Below, in pieces: positions 18,058 to 27,764 of a stretch of DNA of 64,000 bases. Each line of letters begins with the position of its first letter. Position 1 is the first letter of the stretch. Under the pieces are notes generated by a model. It was not told the origin of the DNA, did not search any database, and was given only the letters and a program-made list of their open reading frames with translations. The stretch is from contig JABLXH010000002.1 of NCBI GenBank assembly GCA_013178155.1, positions 116,523-180,522 of the forward strand, in the 5' to 3' direction. The stretch is from Armatimonadota bacterium. GTDB lineage: Bacteria; Armatimonadota; Zipacnadia; Zipacnadales; UBA11051. Both the position numbers and the translations under genes were made by a program.

Positions 18058-21000
18058 ATGGACGACTTCGCCCAGCAGTTCCTGGACCCGCCCCGGCAGT
18101 ACCGCCCGGTGCCCTTCTGGTTCCTCAACCATCGCCTGGAAGAGGACCGTCTCCGCTGGCAGATCCGGGAGATGGCGACGAAGGGCGTCGGCGGTGTGGT
18201 GTTGCACGCGCGCCACGGACTGCAGACGCCGTACATGTCAGATGAGTGGATGCGGGCCATCGAGATCTGCGTCGAGGAGTTGGGGCGTCATGGGATGGAG
18301 GCCTGGCTGTACGACGAGGACAACTGGCCCTCGGGCACCTACGGCGGCAAGTTGACCCGGGAGAACCCGCAGTTCCGCATGCGCTACCTGCGGGTTCAGT
18401 CCCTGCGGGTCGCGGGTGGGGTTACGTTCCAGACGACGCTGCAGCCTGACGACAACACGTTGCTTTGCATTCAGGCCGTGCGCATTGCCGACGAGGGGAG
18501 CCTAGCGTTCCAGGGCGATGTGCGGGACATCACCGAGCGTTACCAGGACGGACGGCTGCGCTGGGAAGCCCCACCGGGAAGCTGGCTTGTGGCGCTGTTT
18601 TGGGAATGTCCGGTGGCCGCGAAGGTGACCTTCGCCAACGGCTATTACCTCGACACCATGAACGAGGAGGCCGTCGAGGCCTTTCGCCGACTGGCCTACG
18701 ATCCCTACGACCGGCTGTCCGCCGAGTTCGGCCAGACCATCAAGGGCGTCTTCACCGATGAGCCAGGTCTGATGATCCATGACGGGTTCTTCAAGACCCA
18801 GGCCATGCGCACGACGGTTCAGGACCTGCAGCGTGTCTTGCCGGGGGTGGTGCTGGCCTGGACCCGCGACTTCGAGACCAAGTTCCGGGCCATGCATGGC
18901 TATGACCTGCGCCCCCATCTGCTGGGGCTGGTCTATGATGTGGGACCCGACACGGGCAAGCTGCGGGCCGACTATTTCCGCGCCATCGGCACGTGGTATG
19001 TCGAGAGCTATCACGGCAAGCTCAGCCTCTGGTGCCATGAGCGAGGTCTGGAGTACATCGGGCACACGCTGGAGGAGCCGCTGTTCAAGCAGGTCCGCAC
19101 GCAGGGGAACCAGACATGGGTGCTGACCACCATGGACCGGCCCGGGCTTGACTACCTCGGGCACGGCGTGGGTACCAGGGACAACCCGTTCCGCATCCTG
19201 TCGGGCAAGTGCGCGGCTTCAGTGGCCCACACCCAGGGCAAACCACGGGTGATGTGCGAGGCCTTTGGCGGCAGCGGCCATGGTCATACCCTGCTGGACC
19301 GGCGCCTGGACGCCAACTTCATGGCCGCCCTCGGCGTGAACATGTTCATCCCCCATGCCTTCTACTACTCCTTCGAGGGCTTCCGCAAAACGGACTGGCC
19401 GCCAACCGAGTTCTACCATCAGCCATACTGGGAGTTCTACAAGGAGTTCGCCGACTACCTGGGCCGGCTTTCGCTGGTGCAGTCCCTGGGGCACCACGTG
19501 TCAGTGGCCGCGGTCCTCAGCCCCAACAAGACCATGTACGCTGACATGTTCCGGCAGGGGCAGGCCAACGAGACACCCGAGTGTCAGCAACTCATGGAAC
19601 AGGTGTCGGAAGCCCTGCTGTCGCTGCATTACGACTACGACTTCATTGACGACACACAACTGCCATTGGCAGAGGTGCGGGACGGAGAGCTGGCGTTCCC
19701 GGGCTCTGAAGAGACTTACATGGTGGTGGTGCTGCCAGGAGCGCGGGTCATGAGCCTGGCGGCCGCAACTCGACTGCGGGAGTTCCACGAAGCGGGAGGA
19801 AGCATCATCGCGCTGGGGGAGCTGCCATCCGAAGCTGATGAGCGGGGGCAGGACGAGGCCTTGCGCAGCATCATCGCCGGTATCTTCACCGAACGTGACG
19901 GACAGGCCAGCACCAACCCCGCCGGCGGGCATGCCCTGCACAGCCGGCCCAAGCGGGTCCAGGAGTGGCTGGAACGGCATCTGCCGGAAGTCGCCGCCGC
20001 GGACGTCACCATCCGTAATGCCGAGGGCCGCAACCTGGACAGCATCATCTGCTGCCATCGGTCCAGTGCCGTGGGCGAGAGCTATCTCCTGGTCAACCGC
20101 ACCAAGGAACCGCAGTCGTGTGTGTTTGCCTGCCCTGTGCAGGGGCGCGTCCAGGAGTGGTCCCTGGAGACCGGCGAGAGCGCGCCGGTCGTCACGCGCG
20201 TGAATGACGAAGATTGGTTGGAGGTGGAGCTGGAGTTTGAGGAAGCGGAGGCGCGGTTACTCATCATCACCCCGGGCGCCATGCCGGAGGAGATCGCCGA
20301 ACTGCCGACGCCGACCGTTCTGGACAACCTGCCATTGCAGCCGACGTGGGGCTTTGAGGCCGTAGGCGGCAACGTGGCGATCCTCGACCGGTGGGAGTTC
20401 ACCGCGCGGGACATCGAGGCCGGCAACGCGCTCCATGTGCCGGAGAAGGTCAACACGTACCGCACGGTCTTTCAGACCGCCGGGCGACTGGATGATGTCC
20501 GGCTCGTCTTGGATGACATCGAGCAGTGGATTCCGTCGCACGTGGGCTTTCTCAGCGGCATCAGAAGCCTCGAGGTGTTCGTCAACGGTCAGCAGGTGCC
20601 GCCGCTGGAGCCCTCGCGCTGGCAGGACCCTGACTACCTGTGGGTGCAGATCGGGCCGTATCTGGAGCCGGGGTCGAATCTCATCGAGATTGCCACCATA
20701 TCTCTGTTGAACCCGATGCACGGTCTGCGTGAGCCGGTCTACCTGGTTGGCGCTTTCGCGGTGGACGAGGCGGGCGTCCTCGCGCCGGAGCGGGGGAAGA
20801 TGCGGGGGTTGCACACTGACCACGGCTACGCCCACTTCGCCGGCATCGCGCGGTACCGGCAGACAGTGGACATCCCGGCGCGACTGCTGGGTGACACGCG
20901 GGTAGTGCTGGACCCCGGTGAGGTCCTGGGCTGTCTACGCGTGATTGTCAACGGGAAGGTGGTCGGCACCCGTATCTGGCCACCTTACGAGGTGGACATC

Positions 21001-21129
21001 ACCTCGGCTGCCCGCGCCGGCAGCAACGAGATCGTGCTGGAAGTGGCGGGGACTGTCGGCAACCTGTACAGCAAGGAAACGGTGCCCACTGGTATCTGCG
21101 GCCAGGCGGTCATCTGGGTGCTCGGCTAA
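18058..21129 (+). CDS. Large intracellular glycoside-hydrolase-like protein (GH106-like N-terminus; GH2-type sugar-binding-like C-terminal domain)
   Basis: N-terminal PRQYRPVPFWFLN...KGVGGVVLHARHGL signature seen in big rhamnosidase-like proteins. No signal peptide. 1023 aa. Confidence 0.55.
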   Translation: MDDFAQQFLDPPRQYRPVPFWFLNHRLEEDRLRWQIREMATKGVGGVVLHARHGLQTPYMSDEWMRAIEICVEELGRHGMEAWLYDEDNWPSGTYGGKLTRENPQFRMRYLRVQSLRVAGGVTFQTTLQPDDNTLLCIQAVRIADEGSLAFQGDVRDITERYQDGRLRWEAPPGSWLVALFWECPVAAKVTFANGYYLDTMNEEAVEAFRRLAYDPYDRLSAEFGQTIKGVFTDEPGLMIHDGFFKTQAMRTTVQDLQRVLPGVVLAWTRDFETKFRAMHGYDLRPHLLGLVYDVGPDTGKLRADYFRAIGTWYVESYHGKLSLWCHERGLEYIGHTLEEPLFKQVRTQGNQTWVLTTMDRPGLDYLGHGVGTRDNPFRILSGKCAASVAHTQGKPRVMCEAFGGSGHGHTLLDRRLDANFMAALGVNMFIPHAFYYSFEGFRKTDWPPTEFYHQPYWEFYKEFADYLGRLSLVQSLGHHVSVAAVLSPNKTMYADMFRQGQANETPECQQLMEQVSEALLSLHYDYDFIDDTQLPLAEVRDGELAFPGSEETYMVVVLPGARVMSLAAATRLREFHEAGGSIIALGELPSEADERGQDEALRSIIAGIFTERDGQASTNPAGGHALHSRPKRVQEWLERHLPEVAAADVTIRNAEGRNLDSIICCHRSSAVGESYLLVNRTKEPQSCVFACPVQGRVQEWSLETGESAPVVTRVNDEDWLEVELEFEEAEARLLIITPGAMPEEIAELPTPTVLDNLPLQPTWGFEAVGGNVAILDRWEFTARDIEAGNALHVPEKVNTYRTVFQTAGRLDDVRLVLDDIEQWIPSHVGFLSGIRSLEVFVNGQQVPPLEPSRWQDPDYLWVQIGPYLEPGSNLIEIATISLLNPMHGLREPVYLVGAFAVDEAGVLAPERGKMRGLHTDHGYAHFAGIARYRQTVDIPARLLGDTRVVLDPGEVLGCLRVIVNGKVVGTRIWPPYEVDITSAARAGSNEIVLEVAGTVGNLYSKETVPTGICGQAVIWVLG

Positions 21130-21167
21130 GGTTCCCCCACGGGAAGCCGCCGCCGTCCGCGTGTCGT

Positions 21168-22247
21168 CTAGCGGGTGGCGGTCAGAAGAGCCAGACCGAG
21201 AGCACCGAAGACCATGTCCGGGATCCACCCGGCCCAGAAGGGGTCCAGCGTGCCTGCGAGGCCGAAGGCCAGGGTCCAGGACCGCACGCCGTTGTAGAGG
21301 AAAACGATCCCCACCGCCACGATGACTCCCACGAAACTGCCGTAGCGGGCGCAACGAAAGGCGATGGGTGCGCCGCAGAGCACGAAAACGAGGCTCGCCA
21401 GGGGGAGCGAGTACTTGAAATGCAACTGCACCAGTTCACGGTGAGTGTCGCGCCCGGCGCCGCCGACCGTTGCCACGAGGTCGCCCAGTTCCGCCGCGCT
21501 CATCTCCACGGGGGTGCGCTGGCTGGCATAGTAGTCCTGGAGGGCCCGCCACAGCGTCACCTCCTGCTCGCCGAAAGTCACCGGCGGCCCGGTCTGCTGC
21601 CCGTCCACGTCCAGGCTGACGGAGGCCCCCTGTCGCAGGTACCACACCTCACCGCGCGCCTCAGCCCACTCCGCCGTGGTGATGCCCCGCACCCGGCCGG
21701 CCTCGTCCTGCTGCCAGATGGTGACGCGCTCCAACTGGTTTGACGCGGGATTCATGTGGCCGATGTAGAAGATCCGGCGGGAAGGTCCATCGCGGAAGAA
21801 CACATTGTGCTGCTCCTGCATGACCGGCTGCGTGAGACCGATCTGGGCGAATAGCTCGCGGGCTCGGCGCACAGCCGGGGGAGCCACGTACTCGCCCAGG
21901 ACGAAGGAGGCGACGGCTCCGAGTAGTCCCATGAGGACGAAGGCTCGGCACAGTCGCGGGAAGCCGAGCCCACCGGCGCGCAGGGCCGTGATCTCGCCAT
22001 GGTTCGTCAGCAGGGTCATAGCCATGGCAACGCCCACCAGAGCGCCCACGGGCATGGCCCAGGAGAGGGCATGGGGGATATAGCACGAGAGAAACTGGGC
22101 AAGCAGCCAGATCGGCACGCGGCTGCCCATCAGCACCGCACCCATCTGGCGCGCCACATCGCCCAGCATGATCACCGCGAAGGTCAGAAGCCCGATGGCC
22201 GAGGGGAGCAGAAGCTGAGAGAAGAGATAGCGGTCGCAACGGCGCAT
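21168..22247 (-). CDS. LptF/LptG family LPS export permease (YjgP/YjgQ)
   Basis: 359 aa, 3+3 TM layout with a central periplasmic beta-jellyroll region. RYLFSQLL N-terminus typical of the family. Confidence 0.75.
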   Translation of the reverse strand: MRRCDRYLFSQLLLPSAIGLLTFAVIMLGDVARQMGAVLMGSRVPIWLLAQFLSCYIPHALSWAMPVGALVGVAMAMTLLTNHGEITALRAGGLGFPRLCRAFVLMGLLGAVASFVLGEYVAPPAVRRARELFAQIGLTQPVMQEQHNVFFRDGPSRRIFYIGHMNPASNQLERVTIWQQDEAGRVRGITTAEWAEARGEVWYLRQGASVSLDVDGQQTGPPVTFGEQEVTLWRALQDYYASQRTPVEMSAAELGDLVATVGGAGRDTHRELVQLHFKYSLPLASLVFVLCGAPIAFRCARYGSFVGVIVAVGIVFLYNGVRSWTLAFGLAGTLDPFWAGWIPDMVFGALGLALLTATR

Positions 22248-22262
22248 GGGCGCTCCCTGGTT

Positions 22263-22640
22263 TCAGCGCTCCAGGACCACGAAGGCGATCGCGTGGTCGC
22301 GTTCATGGGAGAGACTGACGTGGATGGTTTCGACGCCCAGCCGCCGACTGACCTGCTCCGCCTGGCCGGTCACCACCAGTGCCGGACGGCCACTGGGGGA
22401 GGGCACAACCTCCACATCGCGAAGCGTCATGCCATCGGAGAACCCAGTTCCCAGCGCCTTCAAGAAGGCTTCCTTGGCGGCAAAGCGAGCGGCGTAGCGC
22501 TCATCGCAGCCGCGGCCGAAGCCGCAGTAGGCCTGCTCGGCACCGGTGAAGACCCGGTCGAGAAAGCGGTGGCCATAGCGTTGCCGCAGGCGGGCGAGGC
22601 GTTCGACGCTGCAGATGTCTACTCCGATGCCGACCACCAT
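22263..22640 (-). CDS. acpS: Holo-[acyl-carrier-protein] synthase
   Basis: MVVGIGVDICSVERL ... GVETIHVSLSHERDHAIAFVVLE. Start trimmed to the internal ATG at 22640. Confidence 0.8.
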   Translation of the reverse strand: MVVGIGVDICSVERLARLRQRYGHRFLDRVFTGAEQAYCGFGRGCDERYAARFAAKEAFLKALGTGFSDGMTLRDVEVVPSPSGRPALVVTGQAEQVSRRLGVETIHVSLSHERDHAIAFVVLER

Positions 22641-22647
22641 AGGTTGG

Positions 22648-23694
22648 TTACTCGTGCACAGTAAGGGGTGTCCCCACAGGGATGTTGTTGTACAACTCGA
22701 TGGCGTCATGGTTGTACATGCGCATACATCCCCCGGAAATGCGCCGGCCAATGGAGGACGGCTGGTTGGTGCCATGGATGCCAATCACCCGGCCGGTGGT
22801 TCGCCCCCGGGCGGTGGTGCCCAACCAGCGGGCGCCCAGGGGGTTACGGCTGCTGCCGCCGGGCATATACTCGCCCCAATAGGCGTTCCACGGAGGCCAG
22901 ACCGCCTTGTTGGCGATGTGGAACTGGCCCACTGGTGTGTTGTTCCCTTCGCCCGTGCAGATCGGGTAACGCTTGACCGGCTGGCCGAGGAAGTACACCT
23001 GCAGCCAGCGCCCCGAGCGGCTCGCTTCCAGGCTGTACATGCGCTCCCGGACGATCACGTACGCAGTCGTGCCAGACGCGACGAGACGATACAGGCCCTG
23101 GTGCTGTTGGTCCAGCAGCTCGACCTGAATGCCGAAAAGCGGCCCGAGGGCCTTGACAGGGAGCTTGAGTTGGCCATACTCAGACAGCGGCGCCGCCTGC
23201 AGAGGCACCTCCCGGTAGTTGCGCCGGGCGTCTGACCCGTCCAGGGCGAAGGTGATGAGGGCATCGGGCAACACCACGGCGGCTCGCTGCTGTCCCGCCG
23301 ACCAGTGCAGTTCTCCTCCCATAAGGCGCAGCAGCGGACCGAACGCAACATATGAGACATTGCCTCTGACCGAGGCCATCACAAAGGGCTGGTAACGCTC
23401 CAGGACGCGCCTCACGCGCCGACCCAGGTCGCCGCCATCGCCCACTTCGGCCAGGTTCGGCGGCGGCGTGGTGGTGGGGCCACGGTTGGCTGCGGTACCC
23501 CTGGCCACCGGGACGTAGGCCGTCGGCCGCAGGGGGGCAACAGCGGCTCGGGAGCCAGGTGTGGCGGCTGCGGCCAGCGACCGCAGGAGCATCAGGTCAG
23601 AGAACTGCAGAGTCAGGTAGCCAAGACCAGCGACAAAGACAACGAAGAGCAAGCGTGGCCACAGGGACGAGGTGGGCGGCGAGCTTGGCTTCAT
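22648..23694 (-). CDS. L,D-transpeptidase (YkuD domain) with N-terminal membrane anchor
   Basis: C-terminal IGIHGTNQPSSIGRRISGGCMRM catalytic His/Cys motif. The 616-aa ORF was trimmed to the Met (MKPSSPP...) at 23694. Confidence 0.8.
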   Translation of the reverse strand: MKPSSPPTSSLWPRLLFVVFVAGLGYLTLQFSDLMLLRSLAAAATPGSRAAVAPLRPTAYVPVARGTAANRGPTTTPPPNLAEVGDGGDLGRRVRRVLERYQPFVMASVRGNVSYVAFGPLLRLMGGELHWSAGQQRAAVVLPDALITFALDGSDARRNYREVPLQAAPLSEYGQLKLPVKALGPLFGIQVELLDQQHQGLYRLVASGTTAYVIVRERMYSLEASRSGRWLQVYFLGQPVKRYPICTGEGNNTPVGQFHIANKAVWPPWNAYWGEYMPGGSSRNPLGARWLGTTARGRTTGRVIGIHGTNQPSSIGRRISGGCMRMYNHDAIELYNNIPVGTPLTVHE

Positions 23695-23835
23695 CGTGGG
23701 CTGTCCACTATGCTGGAGAAGGTTAGGTCGCCTCGGGGGGCGAACGCCACTTGGCAGTGCAGTCCAAGCAAATGTACCAGAAGCCGCCGTTTTGCGCAAG
23801 TTGCCCCAGTCACAGTCGGAGGTAAGGAACACCCA

Positions 23836-24657
23836 ATGGAGTTGTCTCTGCCCGTCGTCTGTATCACTGCTGATAACCTGGCTGCGGGATGGGAACAGGC
23901 GGTGGTGGCGTGCTGGGAACAGGGAGCCCGCATCCCAACCCAGTACGACCGGGAGGGTGATGAGCCCAGCCGGGATGTGTCTCTCTTCCTGGCTGTGAAG
24001 GACCCCTTCGCAGAGCCGCGCATCCACCGCGCCATGCCCGGAGGCTTTGACGATCTTGAGGTCTACCGGCAGGAGGTGGTGGATGGCATCCACGACCACT
24101 GGATCGCGCCTGAGGAGGGCAAGTGGCAGTACACCTACCACGAACGCATCACGGCCTACTCGGTGCCGGGTCTGCCCGAGCCGGTAAACCAGCTCGACGC
24201 CGTGGTAGAGGCGCTGGTGCAAGCGCCGCACACCCGCCGTGCGCAGTGTGTGCTGTGGAAGCCGTGGGTAGATCCCGCCTCTGATGACCCGGCGTGTATG
24301 CAACGGCTGTGGTTCCGCATCTTCGGCGACCGTCTCCTGCTGGCGGCTCACATGCGCAGCAATGACGCTTTCAAGGCCGCCTTCATGAACATGTACGCCT
24401 TCACCGACTTGCAGCGCGTTGTGGCCGAGAGGGTCAGCGAGGGGTTGGGCAGAGAGATCAAGGTGGGGCAGTACAACCACGTGGTGGACAGTTTCCATAT
24501 CTACGGCTCTTACTTTGCGGACTTCGAGGGGTTTCTGAGGACGCTGGAGACCCGAACCTTCGAGCAGCGGACCTACTGCACCGCAGAAGTCCAGGTGTTC
24601 ATTGACGAGGCGCGAGCCAAGGTGGCCGCGGCTCTGCAGAACGAGAAACGGACCTGA
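23836..24657 (+). CDS. Thymidylate synthase (ThyA)-fold protein, divergent
   Basis: GGAGGT RBS. PACMQRLWF (ThyA PCHxxFQF catalytic Cys region), HMRSNDAF (ThyA RSxD), DSFHIYGSY (ThyA DxHxY). N-terminal half lacks the DRTGTGT and ELLWF motifs. Confidence 0.6.
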   Translation: MELSLPVVCITADNLAAGWEQAVVACWEQGARIPTQYDREGDEPSRDVSLFLAVKDPFAEPRIHRAMPGGFDDLEVYRQEVVDGIHDHWIAPEEGKWQYTYHERITAYSVPGLPEPVNQLDAVVEALVQAPHTRRAQCVLWKPWVDPASDDPACMQRLWFRIFGDRLLLAAHMRSNDAFKAAFMNMYAFTDLQRVVAERVSEGLGREIKVGQYNHVVDSFHIYGSYFADFEGFLRTLETRTFEQRTYCTAEVQVFIDEARAKVAAALQNEKRT

Positions 24658-24683
24658 GTTTCACCACTGACCGAGGCCAGTTC

Positions 24684-25277
24684 ATGAAGCTTCATTTTGC
24701 GGTGGTAGCTCCGCTGTTAGCTGGCGTGTTGGCCTGTGTCCCTGCCTTCGGGGACGGTACCGAAGAGCAGCCTTGGGACCGCATCTCCGACGCGCTCTTG
24801 CCGCTGTCTTTGGCTGCGACGGGGTACGAGCTGCTGCAGGACGACCCCTACGGGCGCGAAACGGGTCGCCGCATGGCGGACACGATGATCATCACCACGG
24901 GAACGGTGTTGCTGACGAAGGACGTCGTGCATTCCCGGCGCCCCCGCCCGAGCACAGAGGTGGACGGTTTCCCGAGCGGTCACACCGCCTATGCCTTTGC
25001 TCTGGCGGAGGCCGTCGGGGCCCGCGAGCCCAAGGCCAGGCCCTGGCTGTACGTCTACGCGGCGGCCGTGGGGTGGTCGCGGGTCGAGCTGAATCGGCAT
25101 GACTGGGACCAGGTCATTGGCGGGGCAGTGCTGGGCTACCTGATCGGACACCAGACTGGGCGCGGGCGATGGCGACTGCTTGGCCACCGCGACGAACAGG
25201 CCACTTTGGCTGACCGTGGCCGGCTGAGCCTGGGGGCATCCTCCGGCTTCGGCGCACGGTATGACTTCAGTTTCTGA
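24684..25277 (+). CDS. PAP2 superfamily phosphatase (signal peptide)
   Basis: KDVVHSRRPRP, PSGHT and SRVELNRHDWDQV are the three PAP2 motifs. Confidence 0.75.
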   Translation: MKLHFAVVAPLLAGVLACVPAFGDGTEEQPWDRISDALLPLSLAATGYELLQDDPYGRETGRRMADTMIITTGTVLLTKDVVHSRRPRPSTEVDGFPSGHTAYAFALAEAVGAREPKARPWLYVYAAAVGWSRVELNRHDWDQVIGGAVLGYLIGHQTGRGRWRLLGHRDEQATLADRGRLSLGASSGFGARYDFSF

Positions 25278-25326
25278 AGTTCGGTGCCAGATCGCGGATT
25301 TGTGGTGTGCTGCGTCACACAAACCG

Positions 25327-25355
25327 TTGACAGCTTGCCAGGGGGTTGGTATACT
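25327..25355 (+). promoter_or_regulatory. Promoter TTGACA-N17-TATACT at the head of the guaA 5' leader
   Basis: Hexamers at 25327-25332 and 25350-25355. Followed by the CCACC-gagtt-GGTGG hairpin at 25357-25371 and about 250 nt of leader. Confidence 0.45.
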
Positions 25356-25611
25356 TCCACCGAGTTGGTGGACCCCACGGCCCCCGGCGCAGAGAGTGGT
25401 CGGTTCGAGTCTAGACACCGGGGCGTCTTTCTCAGAATTCCCTGACGCGCATGCAGACATGACTGAGGCGTAAGCCTCGTCGGCGCGCCTTTACGTTGAC
25501 CGACCCCACAGTGAGTTCACACCGTCCCCAGGGTTCAGATTCCGTAGCCCGCTCCGGGTCATCGACCCGGCACTCGGTGGTTGCCCTCCGGGTGGGCGTG
25601 CTACCTCATGG

Positions 25612-27165
25612 TTGGAGCCAATGACTGCTGCCGCCAGTCCCGAGACCGTGCTCGTCCTGGATTTCGGCGCCCAATACGTGCAGCTCATCGCGCGGAAGGT
25701 GCGCGAACAGCAGGTCTACTCGGAAATCGTTCCCCATGACACGCCCGTGTCGGAGCTTATGGCCCGGCAACCGAAGGGCCTGATCTTGTCGGGCGGTCCT
25801 GCCAGCGTCTACGAGGCAGGGGCGCCGACCGTCGATCCGGCGCTGTTCGCCTCCGGGCTACCGATCCTGGGCATCTGCTATGGGCAGCAACTGATGGCCC
25901 ACCTGACCGGAGGAACGGTCAGCCCGGGGACGGAGCGGGAGTATGGACACGCGGAGCTGGAGGTCCTGGAGCCAGAGCCGCTTTTCTCGGGGCTGGGCAG
26001 CCCCCTCAAGGTCTGGATGAGTCACGGCGACCGCGTGACGGCTGTGCCCCCAGGTTTTCGGGTACTGGCCCGTAGCGGAAACGCCCCGGTTGCGGCGATG
26101 GGAGATGCCAGTCGCAGGCTCTACGGGGTGCAGTTCCACCCGGAGGTCCATCACACACCGGACGGCAACGCGATCCTGAGGCATTTCCTTTACGATGTCT
26201 GTGGCTGCACCGGCGACTGGCAGCCCGGATCATTCATTGAGCAGTCGGTTCGCGAGCTGCAGGAACGCGTGGGGGACAAGCGCGTGCTGTGTGCGCTGTC
26301 CGGCGGGGTCGATTCCTCGGTTGTTGCTGCGCTCCTGCGCAGGGCGATCGGGCCCCAGCTCACCTGCATGTTCATTGACCATGGCCTGCTGCGTAAGCAT
26401 GAGGCCGAGCGCATCTGCGAGGTATTCGGGCGCATGCTTGGGGAGCAGTTCGTGTTCGTGGACGCCTCCGAGCGCTTCCTCAGTCGCCTGGACGGAGTGT
26501 TGGACCCCGAGGCGAAGCGGCGCATCATTGGGGAGAATTTCATCCGGGTCTTTGAGGAGGAGAGCGCCAAGCTGGGGCAGTTTGACTTCATCGCCCATGG
26601 CACCCTCTATCCGGATGTCATTGAGAGCGGCGGAGGCGCCACGGCCACCATCAAGACGCATCACAATGTGGGCGGCTTACCGGCTGATATGAAGTATGAG
26701 AATCTGGAACCTCTGCGCCGCCTCTTCAAGGATGAGGTGAGACAGCTAGGGGTCCAGTTGGGGCTGCCCGCGGAGATCGTGCAACGGCAGCCTTTCCCGG
26801 GCCCTGGACTGGCCGTAAGGGTTTCCGGAGCAGTAACGCCTGAGCGCTTGCACATAGCGCGGGAAGCTGACGCGATCCTGCAGGAGGAGTTGGAGGCGGC
26901 CGGGCTGACAGGGGCCATCGCGCAGTGCTTCGCCGTGCTGCTGGACACCCGCAGTGTGGGCGTGATGGGCGACGGCCGCACCTACTCACAGCCAGTGGTC
27001 CTGCGGGCGGTGACCACCGAGGACTTCATGACGGCCGACTGGTTCCGAATGCCCCACGACGTGCTGGCGCGCATCGCGACCCGCATCGTCAATGAGGTGC
27101 CCGGTGTCAACCGGGTGCTTTACGACGTCACCACCAAACCGCCGGGAACCATCGAATGGGAATGA
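25612..27165 (+). CDS. guaA: GMP synthase (glutamine-hydrolysing)
   Basis: GATase-1 (GICYGQQLM ... HPEV), ATP-PPase SGGVDSSV motif and the C-terminal dimerisation domain ending ...IEWE. Confidence 0.95.
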   Translation: MEPMTAAASPETVLVLDFGAQYVQLIARKVREQQVYSEIVPHDTPVSELMARQPKGLILSGGPASVYEAGAPTVDPALFASGLPILGICYGQQLMAHLTGGTVSPGTEREYGHAELEVLEPEPLFSGLGSPLKVWMSHGDRVTAVPPGFRVLARSGNAPVAAMGDASRRLYGVQFHPEVHHTPDGNAILRHFLYDVCGCTGDWQPGSFIEQSVRELQERVGDKRVLCALSGGVDSSVVAALLRRAIGPQLTCMFIDHGLLRKHEAERICEVFGRMLGEQFVFVDASERFLSRLDGVLDPEAKRRIIGENFIRVFEEESAKLGQFDFIAHGTLYPDVIESGGGATATIKTHHNVGGLPADMKYENLEPLRRLFKDEVRQLGVQLGLPAEIVQRQPFPGPGLAVRVSGAVTPERLHIAREADAILQEELEAAGLTGAIAQCFAVLLDTRSVGVMGDGRTYSQPVVLRAVTTEDFMTADWFRMPHDVLARIATRIVNEVPGVNRVLYDVTTKPPGTIEWE

Positions 27166-27764
27166 CTGACGGGGTTGACTGGCTGGCTGACCTGGACCGC
27201 GTGCTGCTGCCCGAGTCCGTCCTGCGGCAACGGGTCCGGGAACTGGCGCAGGCCATCGCCGCGGACTATGCGGGCAAGGACCTGCTGGTGCTGGGTGTGC
27301 TGACCGGTTCTTTCGTCTTTGTGGCCGATCTGGTGCGAGCTCTGGATCTGCCCCTTGAGGTTGGTTTCATCAGTGCTTCCAGCTACGGCAAACAGTCTGC
27401 CAGCAACGGCCAGGTGACCGTGCTGGAGGGCCTCTGGCCGGAGCTCAGTGGACGCGACGTGCTCCTGGTTGAGGATATCGTGGACAGTGGGCACACGCTG
27501 GCGCACCTGCGGCAGGAGTTGGCGCGGCGAGGCCCGAGGTCAGTCGCCGTATGCTGTCTCCTGGACAAGACGGAGCGCCGCGAGGTGCCGGTGACGGTTG
27601 AGTACCTGGGCTTCTCCGTCCCCAATGAGTTTCTGGTTGGTTACGGGTTGGACTATGCCGGCCGTTTCCGCCATCTGCCCTATGTGGCAGCCCTGAAGGC
27701 CGAGGCCTATCAGGGCAAGGACGAGCAATCTTCTGAGGTGCTGGATGATGTTGGAGCTGAGTGA
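27156..27764 (+). CDS. hpt: Hypoxanthine-guanine phosphoribosyltransferase
   Basis: [18 protein letters not shown]-binding motif. Overlaps guaA by 10 nt. Has about 20 extra C-terminal residues overlapping the rho start. Confidence 0.85.
   Translation: MGMTDGVDWLADLDRVLLPESVLRQRVRELAQAIAADYAGKDLLVLGVLTGSFVFVADLVRALDLPLEVGFISASSYGKQSASNGQVTVLEGLWPELSGRDVLLVEDIVDSGHTLAHLRQELARRGPRSVAVCCLLDKTERREVPVTVEYLGFSVPNEFLVGYGLDYAGRFRHLPYVAALKAEAYQGKDEQSSEVLDDVGAE

Noticed and set aside
22648-24498. 616-aa minus-strand ORF
   Set aside because: Only the C-terminal 348 aa (22648-23694) form a coherent L,D-transpeptidase with signal/anchor. The upstream extension is antisense to the ThyA-like gene and has no domain features.
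25395-25430. tRNA/tmRNA-like T-loop sequence GGTTCGAGTC in the guaA leader
   Set aside because: Flanking 5-nt segments (GTCGG / CTAGA) are not complementary, so no T-stem forms. There is no acceptor stem or CCA context, and neither strand folds into a cloverleaf.
27745-27764. Possible frameshift or fusion between hpt and rho (20-nt overlap, hpt C-terminal extension)
   Set aside because: Both reading frames are intact and rho has its own start within the overlap. Short overlaps (guaA/hpt 10 nt, ribD/ribE 16 nt) are common here. This is consistent with translational coupling.
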